A DNA stretch of 63,550 bases, counting the filler, from Guillardia theta CCMP2712 (lineage: Eukaryota > Protista > Cryptophyta): assembly GCF_000315625.1 (NCBI RefSeq). It is 8 parts of 8 records of this genome, joined end to end, with 100 filler letters (N's around TTAATTAATTAA, not from the genome) between each part and the next. Parts side by side here need not be neighbours in the genome. Positions count along the whole stretch, not along the records: positions 1 to 8,356 come from NW_005434248.1; positions 8,457 to 29,559 come from NW_005434602.1; 6 more parts are not named here. The stretch is one strand, 5' to 3'. A program made the position numbers and the translations under genes. The stretch's first letter is position 1. Each line of letters begins with the position of its first letter. The notes below the pieces were generated by a model. The model was not told the DNA's origin, ran no database searches, and was given only the letters and a program-made list of their open reading frames with translations. Shown here one piece after another: positions 1 to 12,467 of the stretch.

Positions 1-1433
1 GAGGAAAGGAGGAGAGGAGAGGAGGACGGGGAAAGTGAAAATCTGAAGAATCTCTTGCCTGAAACATGTCACGTTGCAAACTCTGTAGTGTCTGAAGGTC
101 AATATGACTGCCGGGATACCTGTCAAGAGTGTAGCACCAACGAATCCAAACGCTCCTGTATCAAATGTGATGATAGAGGAGGGGAGGGGAGAGGAGGGGA
201 GGGGAGTGGAGGGGAGTGGAGTGGAGTGGAGAGGAGAGGAGAGGAGAGGAGAGGAGGGGAGGGGAGGGGAGAGGAGAGGAGGGAAGGGGAGGGGAGGGGA
301 GGGGGAGAGGAGAGGAGGGGAGAGGAGAGGAGAGGAGAGGAGAGGAGGGGAAGAGCTTCTTACCCAGTGCCATGCATGCTAACTTCCAGTATTCCTCCAG
401 CATTCCGATGGTCTCGCCCGAGCAGTCACACTGAGAGGGATCGTTGCTGGCAGGGCACTTGCAACCGGCTTCTGTTCTGATGTCAACCTTGTACTCGCCG
501 TCAGCAGGGAGCTAGCGAGCATGCGGAGGGGAGGGAGGTCCCCTCCTCTCACCTCGCACATCTCTGACGTGTAGACCTGCGAGGAGACTTGACCTTGACA
601 TTTCACGTTGCACTCCTTCTGGTCCGGAGCTGTTTTGCACTGCTCCGTGCAGTCTACCGTTGCTTGCGCGGATATGCACGCGTTGCTGTCTGTGACTGTG
701 CTGCAAACTGTGTTGAACGTGTTCTGAACAAAGTCCGCAGCTGAATAGCTTGTGGCTACGACAACGATGCCAAGGATCTGCAGGGGACAGAAAGCAAGTA
801 AAAAGCTACAAGCTCGATGGAACTAGGGCTCAGTGATCTTCTGTCGTCCAGCATGGCAGTGACAGGAAAGGATATGGAAGGGAGAGGGAAAAGAACAGGA
901 AACACAGAAACAACACAAGTTGAGATGAAAGGTACAACCACTTCCTTACCATCAGGACGATACCCGAGAAAAGGATCCAATATCGCCCGATAGCCATGAT
1001 GATCGGGTTGTACGGTAACCTCGGATGGAGCTGAACAACTGTCCGCGTTCCTGTCTCTCTAAGTCTCTTCGGGCAGTATGTCTCTTTGACTGTTGCTGAG
1101 GTACCCGTCTCTTTCCTTTATCTCAATCCTCTCTTCTTGTATTTTCTCCTCTCTCCCCTCACCCCCTCATCCCCTCTCCTCTTCCTCTCTCTCTTCTCTT
1201 CTCTTCTCTTCTCTTCTCCTCTCTTCTCTTCTCTTCTTCTCTTCTCTTCTCTTCTCTTCTCTTCTGCTTTCTCTTCTCTTCTCTTCTGCTTTCTCTTCTC
1301 TTCTCTTCTGCTTTGTCTTCTCTTCTCTTCTGCTTTCTCTTCTCTTCTCTTCTGCTTTCTCTTCTCTTCTCTTCTGCTTTCTCTTCTCTTCTCTTCTCTT
1401 CTCTTCTCTTCTCTTCTCTTCTCTTCTCTTCTC

Positions 1434-1474
<41 letters not shown>

Positions 1475-2222
1475 CTCTTCTCTTCTCTTGTTCTCTACTT
1501 GTGCCCTGTTCGGTTTGACAGTCAAATCCTTTTGCGGACCGTTGACAAGACTCCAACTTTTGTACCAGAATATTTCGCTCAACTCATCTTCGAACCTTCA
1601 AATTCTCCCGGCGCCGGGAAGCCCGGGCCGCCCGGCCGGGCTGCCAACCCGGGCCGGCAGCGGCACTACCGTACCCACCATCTCACGCGGCCAGAGTCAG
1701 CAAGAGGCGCCGGCCACTAGCGGAGGCTCGGAGCCTCTCAGTGGGTGCCACTAAGTTCTCCAAAGTTGTGCAGCATTCAGAAACGCTGACTGACGTACAG
1801 CACTGAGTGCCGCGGCATATCGCATGCCAGTGTGTAGACGTTCTACAACTGAGACCGTATCGGACCTCGTATGTAACCGTGACACAGAATGTCGAGCTCC
1901 CAAACCTCATCACCGACTCCGACGCCTCGACGGCCATCCTCATCGAGTCCAACATCTCTTACACAACAAGGGTCTTTGTGGATGCGGTCAGCCTCAAGTA
2001 CTTCAACCATCTCACAGAGTCAAGGTCGATTCTAGATATTCAGTTAGACTCGGAAAGAGCTCCTACGCGACGTCGATTCTAAGATCGCCTGAGCGATGAT
2101 AACCGAGTGATGAAGCTGCTCGAGTAGCAACTTGTGAAAGGCAGAGATGTTGTACTCGCTCTTGAAAGGCAAGGAGATGTTGTACTCGCTCTTGACATGC
2201 TTAGGTTGTGTTGCGCCTTGAG

Positions 2223-2711
2223 TCAGTGCCTTTGAACCTCATCAGCTCCCTGTACTCCTCGAGCTCCTCCCCGAGGCTGAACAGAATGAGCGGCATCTGC
2301 TCCACAAGTGAGTGAGAGGAGGATGGAGGAGTATGCAGACGGGCCTTGAGAGAGCACTAGGGCATTCAGAAGGACGATACGAGCAAGGAGAAAAGGAGGA
2401 GAGGAGGAGGGCAGCACCTTCCAAGTCTTCTCTTTGGTCCTCGTGTTCCACCAGTATTCCCTCCCATGCTCAGATATCGACCACATCCATTCCTTCCTCG
2501 TCATTGTTACCAGCTGGCTCCTTCCACATTCCTCACCTTCGCCGCCAGCCGAGCCTCCTGGACTCGCCGAAGCTCCTCCACGTGCCTCGCCGAGTCACTG
2601 ACCACCGCCTGCGTGCTCTCCACCTCATACAACCGCTGCGATCACCAAGGTCATGGAAAAGGAACAAGCGCAGCTCTCGGAAAGAAGCTGCTCTCTTACT
2701 TTCGGTCCCAT
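2223..2711 (-). CDS. Small multi-exon WW-domain protein (approximate span)
   Basis: Exon translating as WMWSISEHGREYWWNTRTKEKTWK matches the WW pattern W-x(n)-G-R-x-Y-aromatic-aromatic-N-x-x-T-x-x-x-T-W; flanked by GT-AG introns. Confidence 0.6.
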
Positions 2712-3110
2712 AGCGGCCTGAGCGAAGGAGAAGGAGGAGGAGGGTGAGTCTGCATGAGCAGGCTGCTCTGGTACTGGTGCCTGCAAGCAAGTGAACGAGC
2801 AGGAGGGGATCAGGGGCTCCACCTCCTGTATGCTTTTATCGCGCGAGTGCTTCTGCGATACTTTGGGAAGCTGCTTGCTTGCTTGTAACTTCTTGCCTGT
2901 TCCTTCAGCTTTGACCTCCTGGTCAACCAAATGATTTTTCCCGGAAGGTTAGGGTGGGGTGGGGTGGGGTGGGGTGGGGTGGGGAGGGGGTGGGTTTACC
3001 GTGTTGACTACCTCGCCGTCTATCTTTGGCTGAGGTGCAACAGGATCGGCTTGCAGCATGAACAGTTCGACGTCTCTGCTCGTCACTCGTGAACCATAAA
3101 CTCTCTTGAA

Positions 3111-5591
3111 TCAAAATGATCCAAACCTCGGCTTCAGCTCCGACTCCAGCAGATCCCCTGCCTCCCCAGCGCTTGTCGAAGAGCTTTCGTTACCTTCATG
3201 TTGGTCATCTGAGAAGAAACCTATACCCTCCAGCTCCACTGCAGGTTCCTGCACAGTCGCACTCTGCCTGACCAAGCCATGCACAGTACCCCACTGCAAC
3301 GCATGCATCTCTTCGCCGCCAACTGACGCTTCCACAGGCCCCGCATTGGACTTGTTGGTTCGCCAGACCTTCAACGACGGCGGAAACCTTATGGACCAGC
3401 AGGCTGATTGCGTTGAGGAGCTTTCTTTCCTGCCCTTAGCGCGTAACCAGCCAATCGCCTTGCCCAACAACACGCATGCGATCAAGCCAGCAAACACCTG
3501 CGCATGCTGTCAGCTGCCGAACCTACTCGTACTCAGCATTTGATCGTACAGTGAGCAAGGTGATGGCCGCAGCAGCTCGTCCAAGCCAAGTTGTCAACAG
3601 TTGTCCCCAGAGCACCCACTTACCGCCGACGCAAAGTGGCTGATCATCATCCCACTGACAACGACTGATGCTTCCATCGCTGTGAAGCAGACTGTGATGA
3701 GATTGAAAGGCAGAAGAACAAGCGTGCCTGCAAATCTTGCATTCTCCTTTCATGCAGCTGCCCTGGAAATCAACTGCAGGGGCATTGATGGAGAACTTGA
3801 AGTATGCATTGTCATAGTGGAAGTTTCCATCTGAGCATTCTCCTTGGACCTTCCATAACAGAACATCGTCCACATCAGGATGCAGAGTTCGGGCTTTCAA
3901 AGAGAAAAACTCACGTGTATCTCATAGACCGAGTCCGGACAAGTGCCTTGTGCTGTGCAGAAACTGCGCGCTGCATCTACCAAACACTGCACGCAGCCTG
4001 ATCTGATGACAACGCACTTAGATGCGTATCGTCTGTCATGTATCACTCGGACCTGCAGGTCTCTTGCAGTTGTGGGGTCCAAGGATTACCCACAAACGTG
4101 GGAAACTTCCCCAATGTATCGTCGTAATCCTGAAATTCATAACTCGAGTATGGCATAGAAGACGTTGGCAGTATCTCGTTGCAAGTAACAAATTGATCTG
4201 CCGGTGATGATGTAGGACTTGTAACTTGACAAGGGGAACACTTTCCCCTACTGTCGGCAGAAACACAACCTTCCAGTGTTATGTCACATTCTCAACGATA
4301 GAGATAAATCATGCGCCGCACTCACCAGCGTTTGCTGCAACGCAAGTGAGACACTTCTGATAGCATTTACAGAACTGCGATTCCACAGTCGTGAGCGGGG
4401 CAGTCTGTTCATGTGATCATTGATAGTTTGAATCAAACAAAGTTCTGATCGGCTCGAATCATGATGCAGGGTTACCTGACAAATGCTGCTGAAAAGGTTA
4501 CCCACCAATACAGATGGAGGCGGTTGACACGCATCTTCACAGCTTCTGTAGTCCATTCGTGACATGCAGGTCCTGGTAAAACTGCTGTAGGAATGGAGGC
4601 AGCAGAAGTCCTCTGTCTGTGTAAGACAGTTGTTGTCGTACTGACAAGAAGCGCAAACTGTTGTCTTCGGATCTAAGTAAATGACGTGCTAAACACACTT
4701 CAAGTCAGCAGGAAAGCAGCATCGGGCGCGAGAAGGCAGACGTTATAATTACCGGCGTGCATGTTGCTGGGGTATTGTACTTTCTCCCCGTCGAAACGGC
4801 ATTCGACTTTAGATTCCATTTGTTTGCCAGTTGCATGGGATTTGATCCAGCGGGGTTGAGATCAATGACCGGAAGGAAAGCGGGAGCCCATGAATTCACC
4901 TTCCCGCAGAACCTGTCTGGCATGCAGTCAGGCTGAAATCAAAGTGAACATCTATTCCCTTACTTTCAGCTTGTTTGGGCAATCCGGAAGGCACTCGGGT
5001 TTGGAAAAATGTCATATACGCTTGGTTGACGTCGGACTGACTGGTGTCTTCGATGAATGTATTCGTGGACACTGATTCAGAATACGCTCCACTGTCTATA
5101 TGCGAGGAGCATGTGCTGGGCAGCTGATATCTGTTGCACTTAGAACGCAGGGTAAGATCCCCGAAGTGAATGGAGTATGCCTCGATCAACAACTTGACCT
5201 TTCTTGTCAGCCCCGATCCGGTATTGTTCGAGGTCAGGTTTGAAGGAGTGACGACTGGATGAGATGTATCGACGCCGCAATACTTGTCAAGGTCGCAATC
5301 GCAGTCACTGATGCACTGCACACACAAGCCGTAGAGCTTGGGCTGTGTGAAAACATCACTAACAGGCGAATCTGGCACCTTGTTGTACATGTACGTCTTG
5401 TCGACGAAGAAAAATTGGCAAAGTGGCGCTTCTGCAGTGTTGCAGTCGCTGGGGGAGTGACATATCTCACCATACTGGGCCGAACGTGCAGCTGGGAAGC
5501 GGCTGAGTGAGAGGAGGAGGAGGAGACAACAGCACCAACGCATGGCTCGCATCAGGGAAGGGTCACTTTTGAGCTGGGACTGACTTTTCAT
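3111..5591 (-). CDS. Secreted or single-pass membrane cysteine-rich protein, multi-exon
   Basis: Signal-peptide-like MRWCCCLLLLLSLSRFPAARSA; Cys-rich repeats (CHSPSDC, CVQCISDCDCDLDKYC); later Cys-rich exons; hydrophobic segment FAGLIACVLLGKAIGWL followed by basic residues. Confidence 0.55.
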
Positions 5592-6405
5592 CTACTCATA
5601 TTTCAAACCTACTGTGAGACCTTCAGCGATCTGCTGAAATTGTCAAATTTCTTTCGAAAGTTCGCGGGACGCCAATCAGCACAGCACGGAAGGTGCGGGG
5701 GTGGGGGTCCCTACCCCTGCACCTGATGTCTAGTAGTCACTAGTACTCTCCGCCACTGTCCTCGTACTGATTTATCACTTATTAGATTTGAGTAAAGGGG
5801 TGTACCCCCGGTGACCAACGGGGGCCGTGGTGAACTGAGTTCCGGCCCCGGGCCGGCCCTGACTGTCACTGAGTAGTACCCCGGCCCTGACTCGTGACTA
5901 TCGGACCCCCCCGGCGGGCCGGCCCTGCCACTCGTGACTACACCGGGCGGCCTGAACTTCTACGCAGGCCAATTAAAAATCAGTACGATTGACTCTGTTA
6001 GCCGCGAGGCCCGCCCCGGGCCGCGACCTGGCGCGGCCCCGGGCCGGCCGGTGAGTGACAGTGATCATCGGATCGAGCTTCAGGCGGCATCGGACGGCCG
6101 CCGGGCGAGCAGTGACTGCAGCTCCGGCCCTTGAATATTTTGGTCATGTAACGGACGTAACGGTGTCGGCGTCATCGGGGAGAGCATGGGTGGGGGTTGG
6201 AGAGCGCCGGGGACATGCGGGAGGGAGAGGAGGGCGAGGAGGGCGAGGAGGGCGAGGGAGGAGGGAGGAACAACAAGACATACAGTGAGAGTAGGAGCAT
6301 GGAGCTTAGGGAGGAGGAGGGATGAAGATGGATGGAAGCAGGGGCAACCTGAGGTTGTTTATGGGTTTGATCTGATTCGTCCAGTTTCGTGTGCAGGAAA
6401 ACGAG

Positions 6406-8116
6406 ATGGCAAGCGACGAACCTCAAGAATTTCCACCAGGTGAAGAAGACATGGACACGAACCCAGCCTCCTAACTGATTATGCTCCAGGGCGATCGCAG
6501 GGAGGAACGTGCGACGAGTATGGTTTCAACATCGAAGACGGTGAGATGTAGGGTTAGCGCGAGGCGTTTTGTTGCTAAGCTTTCATGCAGACCTGGTCGA
6601 AAAGTATCGCCAGCATCAGATGGATCATGTCGGCCTGCCAGCATCTTGATGAGTCGTGCGGGTGATGTTGGTGGTTGGCAGGCCCCCCGGAGGCAGGAGA
6701 TACGAGAACAGTGGCGGGTTCTGATCAAAGAGCTCAAAGATAAAGACCAGGTGACTGCTTGCCTCCTACATGCTCATCTCCTATCATCTAGTAGATTACT
6801 GTCTTCTGATATCTCGTAGATGCTTGTTTTCTGATATCTCGTAGAGTCTTTGTTATGATAACTCGTACACGCTTGTGTTCTGCTATCTCTCAGATCATTT
6901 TCGTCTTCTGTCTTCTGTCTCGTTTCTCTTTTTTCCCTACCGTTTTTCGTCTATCTTGCTATCATTCCCACTTGCCATGCTCTTCTTCTCCTCTTTGTTC
7001 TTCCAGTCCCTCACTCCCTCACACCCTGCTGTTATTCCTCCTGCATGCTCCCGCTGCTGCTGCTGCTGCTGCTGCTCCCCCTCCTGCACCCTCTCCTGCT
7101 TCTCCTACGCCGTGCTGATTGCAGCACCAGGTACTTGAGAAGACGACATCGAGGCAAGAGCACATTGAAATTTCGGGTCAACGAACGCGGTCAGCTAGGA
7201 AGCTTCTTCGCGGTCCTGTGGTGCATGGGATACCCACAGGTTGCCTCTCCTCTCCTCTCCTCACTGCAACCATCTCCTCCTCCAGTGTCCTCTGTTCTGC
7301 CCTTGCTCCCTGCTCCCTTCCTCTCCTCTTCTCTCCTCTCCTTCTCTCTCCTTCTCCTTCTTCTCGGACAATGTCTGACTTTTCCTCCTATGCAAGAATA
7401 CCGCCCGTTCATCTGGCCCCTGCTCTGCGGGGTGGAGAAGGCGCGAGCGGTTAAGGGAGAGCACGTTTTTCCCATGCTGCTGCAGGTACAGGCAGCGAGG
7501 AGGAGGAGGAGGAGGAGGAGGAGGAGGAGCAGGAGGAGCAGGAGGAGCAGGAGGAGCAGGAGGAGCAGGAGGAGGAGGAGGAGGAGGAGGAGGAGGCCGC
7601 TGCTGACTTGCTCCTCCTTCTCCTGGATCAGCGGTGTGAGGGCAAGGAAAGGAACCACGAGCTTGAACTCGACCTTGACCGAACGTTCCCTGGACATCCT
7701 CTCCTTGACAAGGACTCCGCAGCTGTATCTTCGACCACCCCTCACCCCTTCCCTCACCCCTCCCCTCACCCCTCCCCTCACCCTGCTACAAGCTTCACCT
7801 CCTCCACCACCTGCTCCACCTCCTCTTCCTGCTCCTCTTGCTGCTCTCTCTGCCCTCTTCCCGTCCCGCTCGTGATCCCTTCCCCGCATATTCTTGTTGT
7901 TTCCTCCTCCATCGTTCCTTCAACCCCCCCTTCCCTCTTTTCCTCTCCCTCACCTTCACGTCCTCGTCGTCCTCTCTCTCCTTTTCTGCCCCTCCTCGTC
8001 TTCCATCCTGACTTGACCTCGACTTGCTGCTATGGCAGGGGAAGGAGGGGATAGCTTCGCTCCACCGCGTATTGAATTCTTACTCCCTGTACAACCCTGC
8101 TGTTGGATACTGCCAG
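6406..8116 (+). CDS. TBC-domain Rab GTPase-activating protein (3'-partial, multi-exon)
   Basis: Ordered exons give DEYGF, VHGIP-EYRPFIWPLLCG, ELELDLDRTFPGHP (arginine finger) and LHRVLNSYSLYNPAVGYCQ (glutamine finger); truncated by contig end. Confidence 0.9.
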
Positions 8117-8170
8117 GTTTCGAGTGCTGCTGCTGCTTTTGATGATGATTATGATTATGATGATTATGGA

Positions 8171-8291
<121 letters not shown>

Positions 8292-8356
8292 ATGATGACG
8301 ATGATGATGATGATGATGATGGAGATGATGATGATGATGATACAACGTCAACTGAC

Positions 8357-8456
8357 NNNNNNNNNNNNNNNNNNNNNNNNNNNNNNNNNNNNNNNNNNNN
8401 TTAATTAATTAANNNNNNNNNNNNNNNNNNNNNNNNNNNNNNNNNNNNNNNNNNNN
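8357..8456. other. Artificial contig linker (N44-TTAATTAATTAA-N44); same linker near 29560-29659, 48893-48992, 53956-54054, 56775-56874, 60626-60725 and 61985-62084
   Basis: Identical 12-mer with stops in all six frames, flanked by N runs. Confidence 0.97.
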
Positions 8457-9086
8457 ACCGGCCCGGGCGGCATCATGGCTCACCTGCGATGATGATCCGC
8501 CTTACAGTTCCAGGCTGCGCCCGCACGTCAGCATTTGACCTCGTCTATTAATACTCGCTACGGGTTACAGTGTTCAAGTTACCCTGGCGACTGTGCAGAC
8601 CGTTCTCTACGGCGGTGTCACGATCAGGTGATCGGACCAGGTAGTCCGTCCTGCGGCATCCGGTAGCCGCCGGCTGAGCCCAGCGCCCTCCTAGTATTCT
8701 CGCGGCGCGGCGGCCGATTTTTAACTTCCTAAGTGTAATTTTGCCAGGCCCGGAGTGAAGCCTGATCAATTCCGGTCGGACTACCAGCCCGCTGTGCTGG
8801 TGGTGGAGGAGGAGGAGGAACCTTGCTCTCTTTTGCAGCATCCGCGAAGGAAGCAGCAGGGTTGAGGCTGATGTATTAAGGCGATGAGAAAGCAATCGGT
8901 CAGAGCGAGGGAATCGGAGGGGCGAGGGCGAGGGCGAGGGCGAGGGCGAGGGCGAGGGCGAGGGCGAGGGCGAGGGCGAGGGCGAGGGCGAGGGCGAGGG
9001 CGAGGAAGGACTGACGAGTATGAAAGCAAGAGACTAGAAGAGATGAGAGAGATGCAGAGGAGGAGCAGGGGAGGAGCAGACGGACA

Positions 9087-9650
9087 TGAGCCCCAACGAT
9101 GGGAGGAGGAGAGGCGTCAAGCTCGTCAACATCTGCATCAAGACTCTCAGCCAACGTGTCGAGGATAACAAGTCGAGACCTGTCTGCGAGGAAGTGCAGG
9201 AGATCGGAGCTGCTTGCTAGTGCCCTCCGCTGCTCAGTTCACCATTCAGTCACTGCTGCTGAGATACCAACACCCTGGTCACCGGACATGACGGGTGAGA
9301 CTGCGCATGAAACGCCTCTCCTCCCCACCATCGCCATGTTTCCCTGAAACGCCGCCACCTGTCTCGTCATTGTCAAGATCTGCCAAGGTCACCGACAGTC
9401 CCCAATCAATATTTCACTAACCCTCAACAAAAATGATTCCTTGTCATCACTTCCCGAAGTGCTAAAGGATCCTCCCTCCTCCGCATTCCCCTCCTTTCTC
9501 CTCCTCCTTCCTCTTCTTTCCTCCACCCCCATCCTCTCCCGCAACCCCCCCCTCTCCTTCCTTCCTCCTCCTCTCACCGCAGTCATCGTTGCCATCAACA
9601 CGATCGCCTTCATTTTCGGCTTATATGTCTCGGACACATCCCCGCGCTGA
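9087..9650 (+). CDS. Hypothetical small multi-exon protein with C-terminal hydrophobic segment
   Basis: ATG-initiated exon; final exon VIVAINTIAFIFGLYVSDTSPR* after a pyrimidine-rich intron. Confidence 0.3.
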
Positions 9651-11724
9651 CCGCGTGCGTCCGGGCTCGGCCAGGGGCTCGGCCCAGCACCAGCCCTGGT
9701 GCTGCCGGTGCTTGACGGGCCAACCCCTATAGCCTCAAGCAGTGAGACGAAAAGTGAGGCGGGCCCGATAGAGCCGTGACCGATGCCGGCACAGCGTGAC
9801 GTGACCTGCTACTCAAGAAGGTTCTAGATGTCAAGTTTTAGAAACCAAAGATTCAAAAAGATTCTTTTTCGATACACCACCCCGTCCGGTTCGCATCCCA
9901 AGTCGACACCTAAGGGACTGGAGACTGTGACCTACCTGGAAATATGAGCAGGATTATAGGGATGATGGGGGTGGGGGTAGTACAATGGATGCAAAAAGGG
10001 GTGCAACAGGGGAGCGCGTCGGGCAGTGACTGTCACAATCATGTAATAAAATGATTGAGGGTGTGTGGGTAGGGTAGTGCTGGTGCATATAGGGGTACTT
10101 GGAGAATGAAGAGGTAGGTGGGGGTTCAAATTTTGTATGGTAGGGTGTTCAGTAGAGGATCTTTTCTCGCACTTTACAGGAGGCTTAGATAAGGCTACAT
10201 CGGGGAAGTACGGGGGTGGGGTGGAGAAAAATCCAGGAAGGGAGGAGGTATCAAGAAATCAATTGAAGGACAAGAGACGAAAACGGTAGGTGAAGGTACT
10301 ATGAGCGCGGGACTTGAAGACAGGGCTTGTGGGTGCATCTGAAGCGACTCATTTTCGATTCCAAGTCCTCAAATCAAACTGATTCAGTAATACGTAATTT
10401 TATAAAAGCCGGAGATACCATCACCCCCCGGCCCTCTAAAAATATATACCACAGCTCAAAAATAAATATACACCGTTTAAAAGTCTTTCTAACGCTCTAT
10501 AATTCAAATCCTTCCCCTACCCTAGTCGGGCCACCAAGGTCTCTATTACCCCCATGTGACTCCGTGGAACAACCGGTACATTACCATTCATTGTTGTACC
10601 CCACCATGCATTCTCGATTTTTTCCCTCCACCCCTTGTTGCACCTAGATCCCATTTCAGCCACCACCACCCCTCTGTAACCCACCCTACCACTTGTCATT
10701 GGAGCATGACCATCAGTCACCCACCCCACCACTTCCTCCACCCCTTCGACCCCAAGCACATCACTTGAGAAGACTCGACAAGATGAATACCCCTCCTCTT
10801 TTCGATTGTTCTGCCTAGAATTAAGGGGTACTTTAACCCACAGTGCCGTCCAGAACCCCTAGAGTTGCAGATCTTCAAACATTGTACCCCTGACAATACA
10901 CACCTACCCCCTATGAGATCCGCCCATGCGACCTGTCACCTTCCGCCCACACTACACAGCTTGTACCCACCCTCCATTCCCATCTGAATACACCCTACCC
11001 TAGATCTGAGTAACAATCATTCAGATCATGTATATCATATCGCTACACCTCAATAAATCAATGGATTCATCGATTCAATTACATTAACATCGCACCATGC
11101 CATTGGCGGAGATTAGATTCGAGCTCACACCCGTGTCCATGAATACCCACCATACTTTATCCAAACCACCCACCGATCTAGAATTTTGAGTACCCTACCC
11201 AATCTTATCTCGAATTGTGTACCACCCACCCCATTACATTTTTAGTCCTCCCCTACCCCACACTACCTAATTCATATGGCCCCTTCCATCGTTTGAATCA
11301 CCCCCACCCTTCACATTCCCCCTAAACTGAACACTTTGAATCAGTACCCATATATTCTACAGCAAAGACCCCTATTAAATACAGAGTTCAAACTACCCTT
11401 CCATAAAAGTACCCTGTCTCGAGGTACCCCCACCCCCTCATCTTTGTATTCCCTCTCCCTCGTTTTTTTTCCCGCTTGCACACCCTCTGCCGTCCTCCTC
11501 TTGTACCCTCCCGCTAGTTCCTCCTTGTTCATTCCCAGTGACTGACTCGGAGTCGACTGCCTCCCGCGCTCTCCTACCTGCTCCTCTTCTCTTCCTGAAC
11601 ATCCTCTTGCAGAGCCAGCTTCGTCTGCGTCCGTTTCTTTGCCTGTCAGTCAGAAAAGCTCTTTGCGCTCCTCAACTTACAAAGCACGTCAACAAATACC
11701 TCGGGACAAAACTGAGACCATAAA

Positions 11725-12384
11725 ATGAATCCATCCAGAAACATACTGTTCCTTGGAGTAGCAGTTACTTCCTTTGCATCCCTTCTTGCTCCTTCTCACG
11801 CCTGGGTTCCCTCAACCACTTTGACTCCCTTCTTGAATGTGCACAACCGCCTCTCGCTCAGATCTACAGGGCGAGTGTACCCTCGCCCCACGGTTGCCTA
11901 CATGAAACAAGCTGGATCGCACTTGGTCACTTACGGCGATTTGTGGAGGGATGCTGTTCCTGAAGATGATGTGCAAACAAACTTGCAAGCTGAGGTGACT
12001 GAGGCGTACGACGAGCAGGAGGCAGAGCTGTCCGTTGCTGAGACACTTGTGAAGCCCATCAGGCAGGCGGCCACGGCTGTGTGGGAGAGACTCACGTACG
12101 AGCCAAGTGAAGAGGAGGTGAGAGCCAACCTGAAGGCTTTCGCCAAGGCTCATGGTGGCGCGGTCATGACCCCACTCTCTGAGGAGGAGCTAGAGAAAGA
12201 AGTGAAGTACTGCGGAATGTTTCCTGATCTTGTTGATGCCCTGGTCGAGAACGAGGTGCAGATGGAACTTGCTACCGAAGTGTCGAGCAAGGCTCAGGAG
12301 ATGGCAGCTAAGAAGTTGGCGAAGGAGCTTTCCAAGGAGCTGGGCCTTACCCCGCCTGTTGACTCTGAGAAGACCAAGCTGTGA
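11725..12384 (+). CDS. Intronless hypothetical protein with bipartite (signal plus transit) plastid-type presequence
   Basis: 219-aa ORF; hydrophobic signal ending SHA then WVP (A-F/W cleavage motif of complex red plastids); S/T/R-rich transit-like stretch; acidic helical mature part. Confidence 0.65.
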   Translation: MNPSRNILFLGVAVTSFASLLAPSHAWVPSTTLTPFLNVHNRLSLRSTGRVYPRPTVAYMKQAGSHLVTYGDLWRDAVPEDDVQTNLQAEVTEAYDEQEAELSVAETLVKPIRQAATAVWERLTYEPSEEEVRANLKAFAKAHGGAVMTPLSEEELEKEVKYCGMFPDLVDALVENEVQMELATEVSSKAQEMAAKKLAKELSKELGLTPPVDSEKTKL

Positions 12385-12467
12385 GGGACAGATGAATACG
12401 GATATGATACGAGGACGAAGCTCGTCGACTGTGATTGTTTTTTGAGACGAGAATACGAGGAGGATAT

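Noticed and set aside
1086-1754. Long Leu/Ser/Phe or Arg/Glu-rich ORFs here and at other low-complexity tracts
   Set aside because: Translations of stop-free microsatellites, not genes
8401-8412. TTAATTAATTAA as a biological motif
   Set aside because: Always centred in 100-bp N blocks; an assembly linker with six-frame stops
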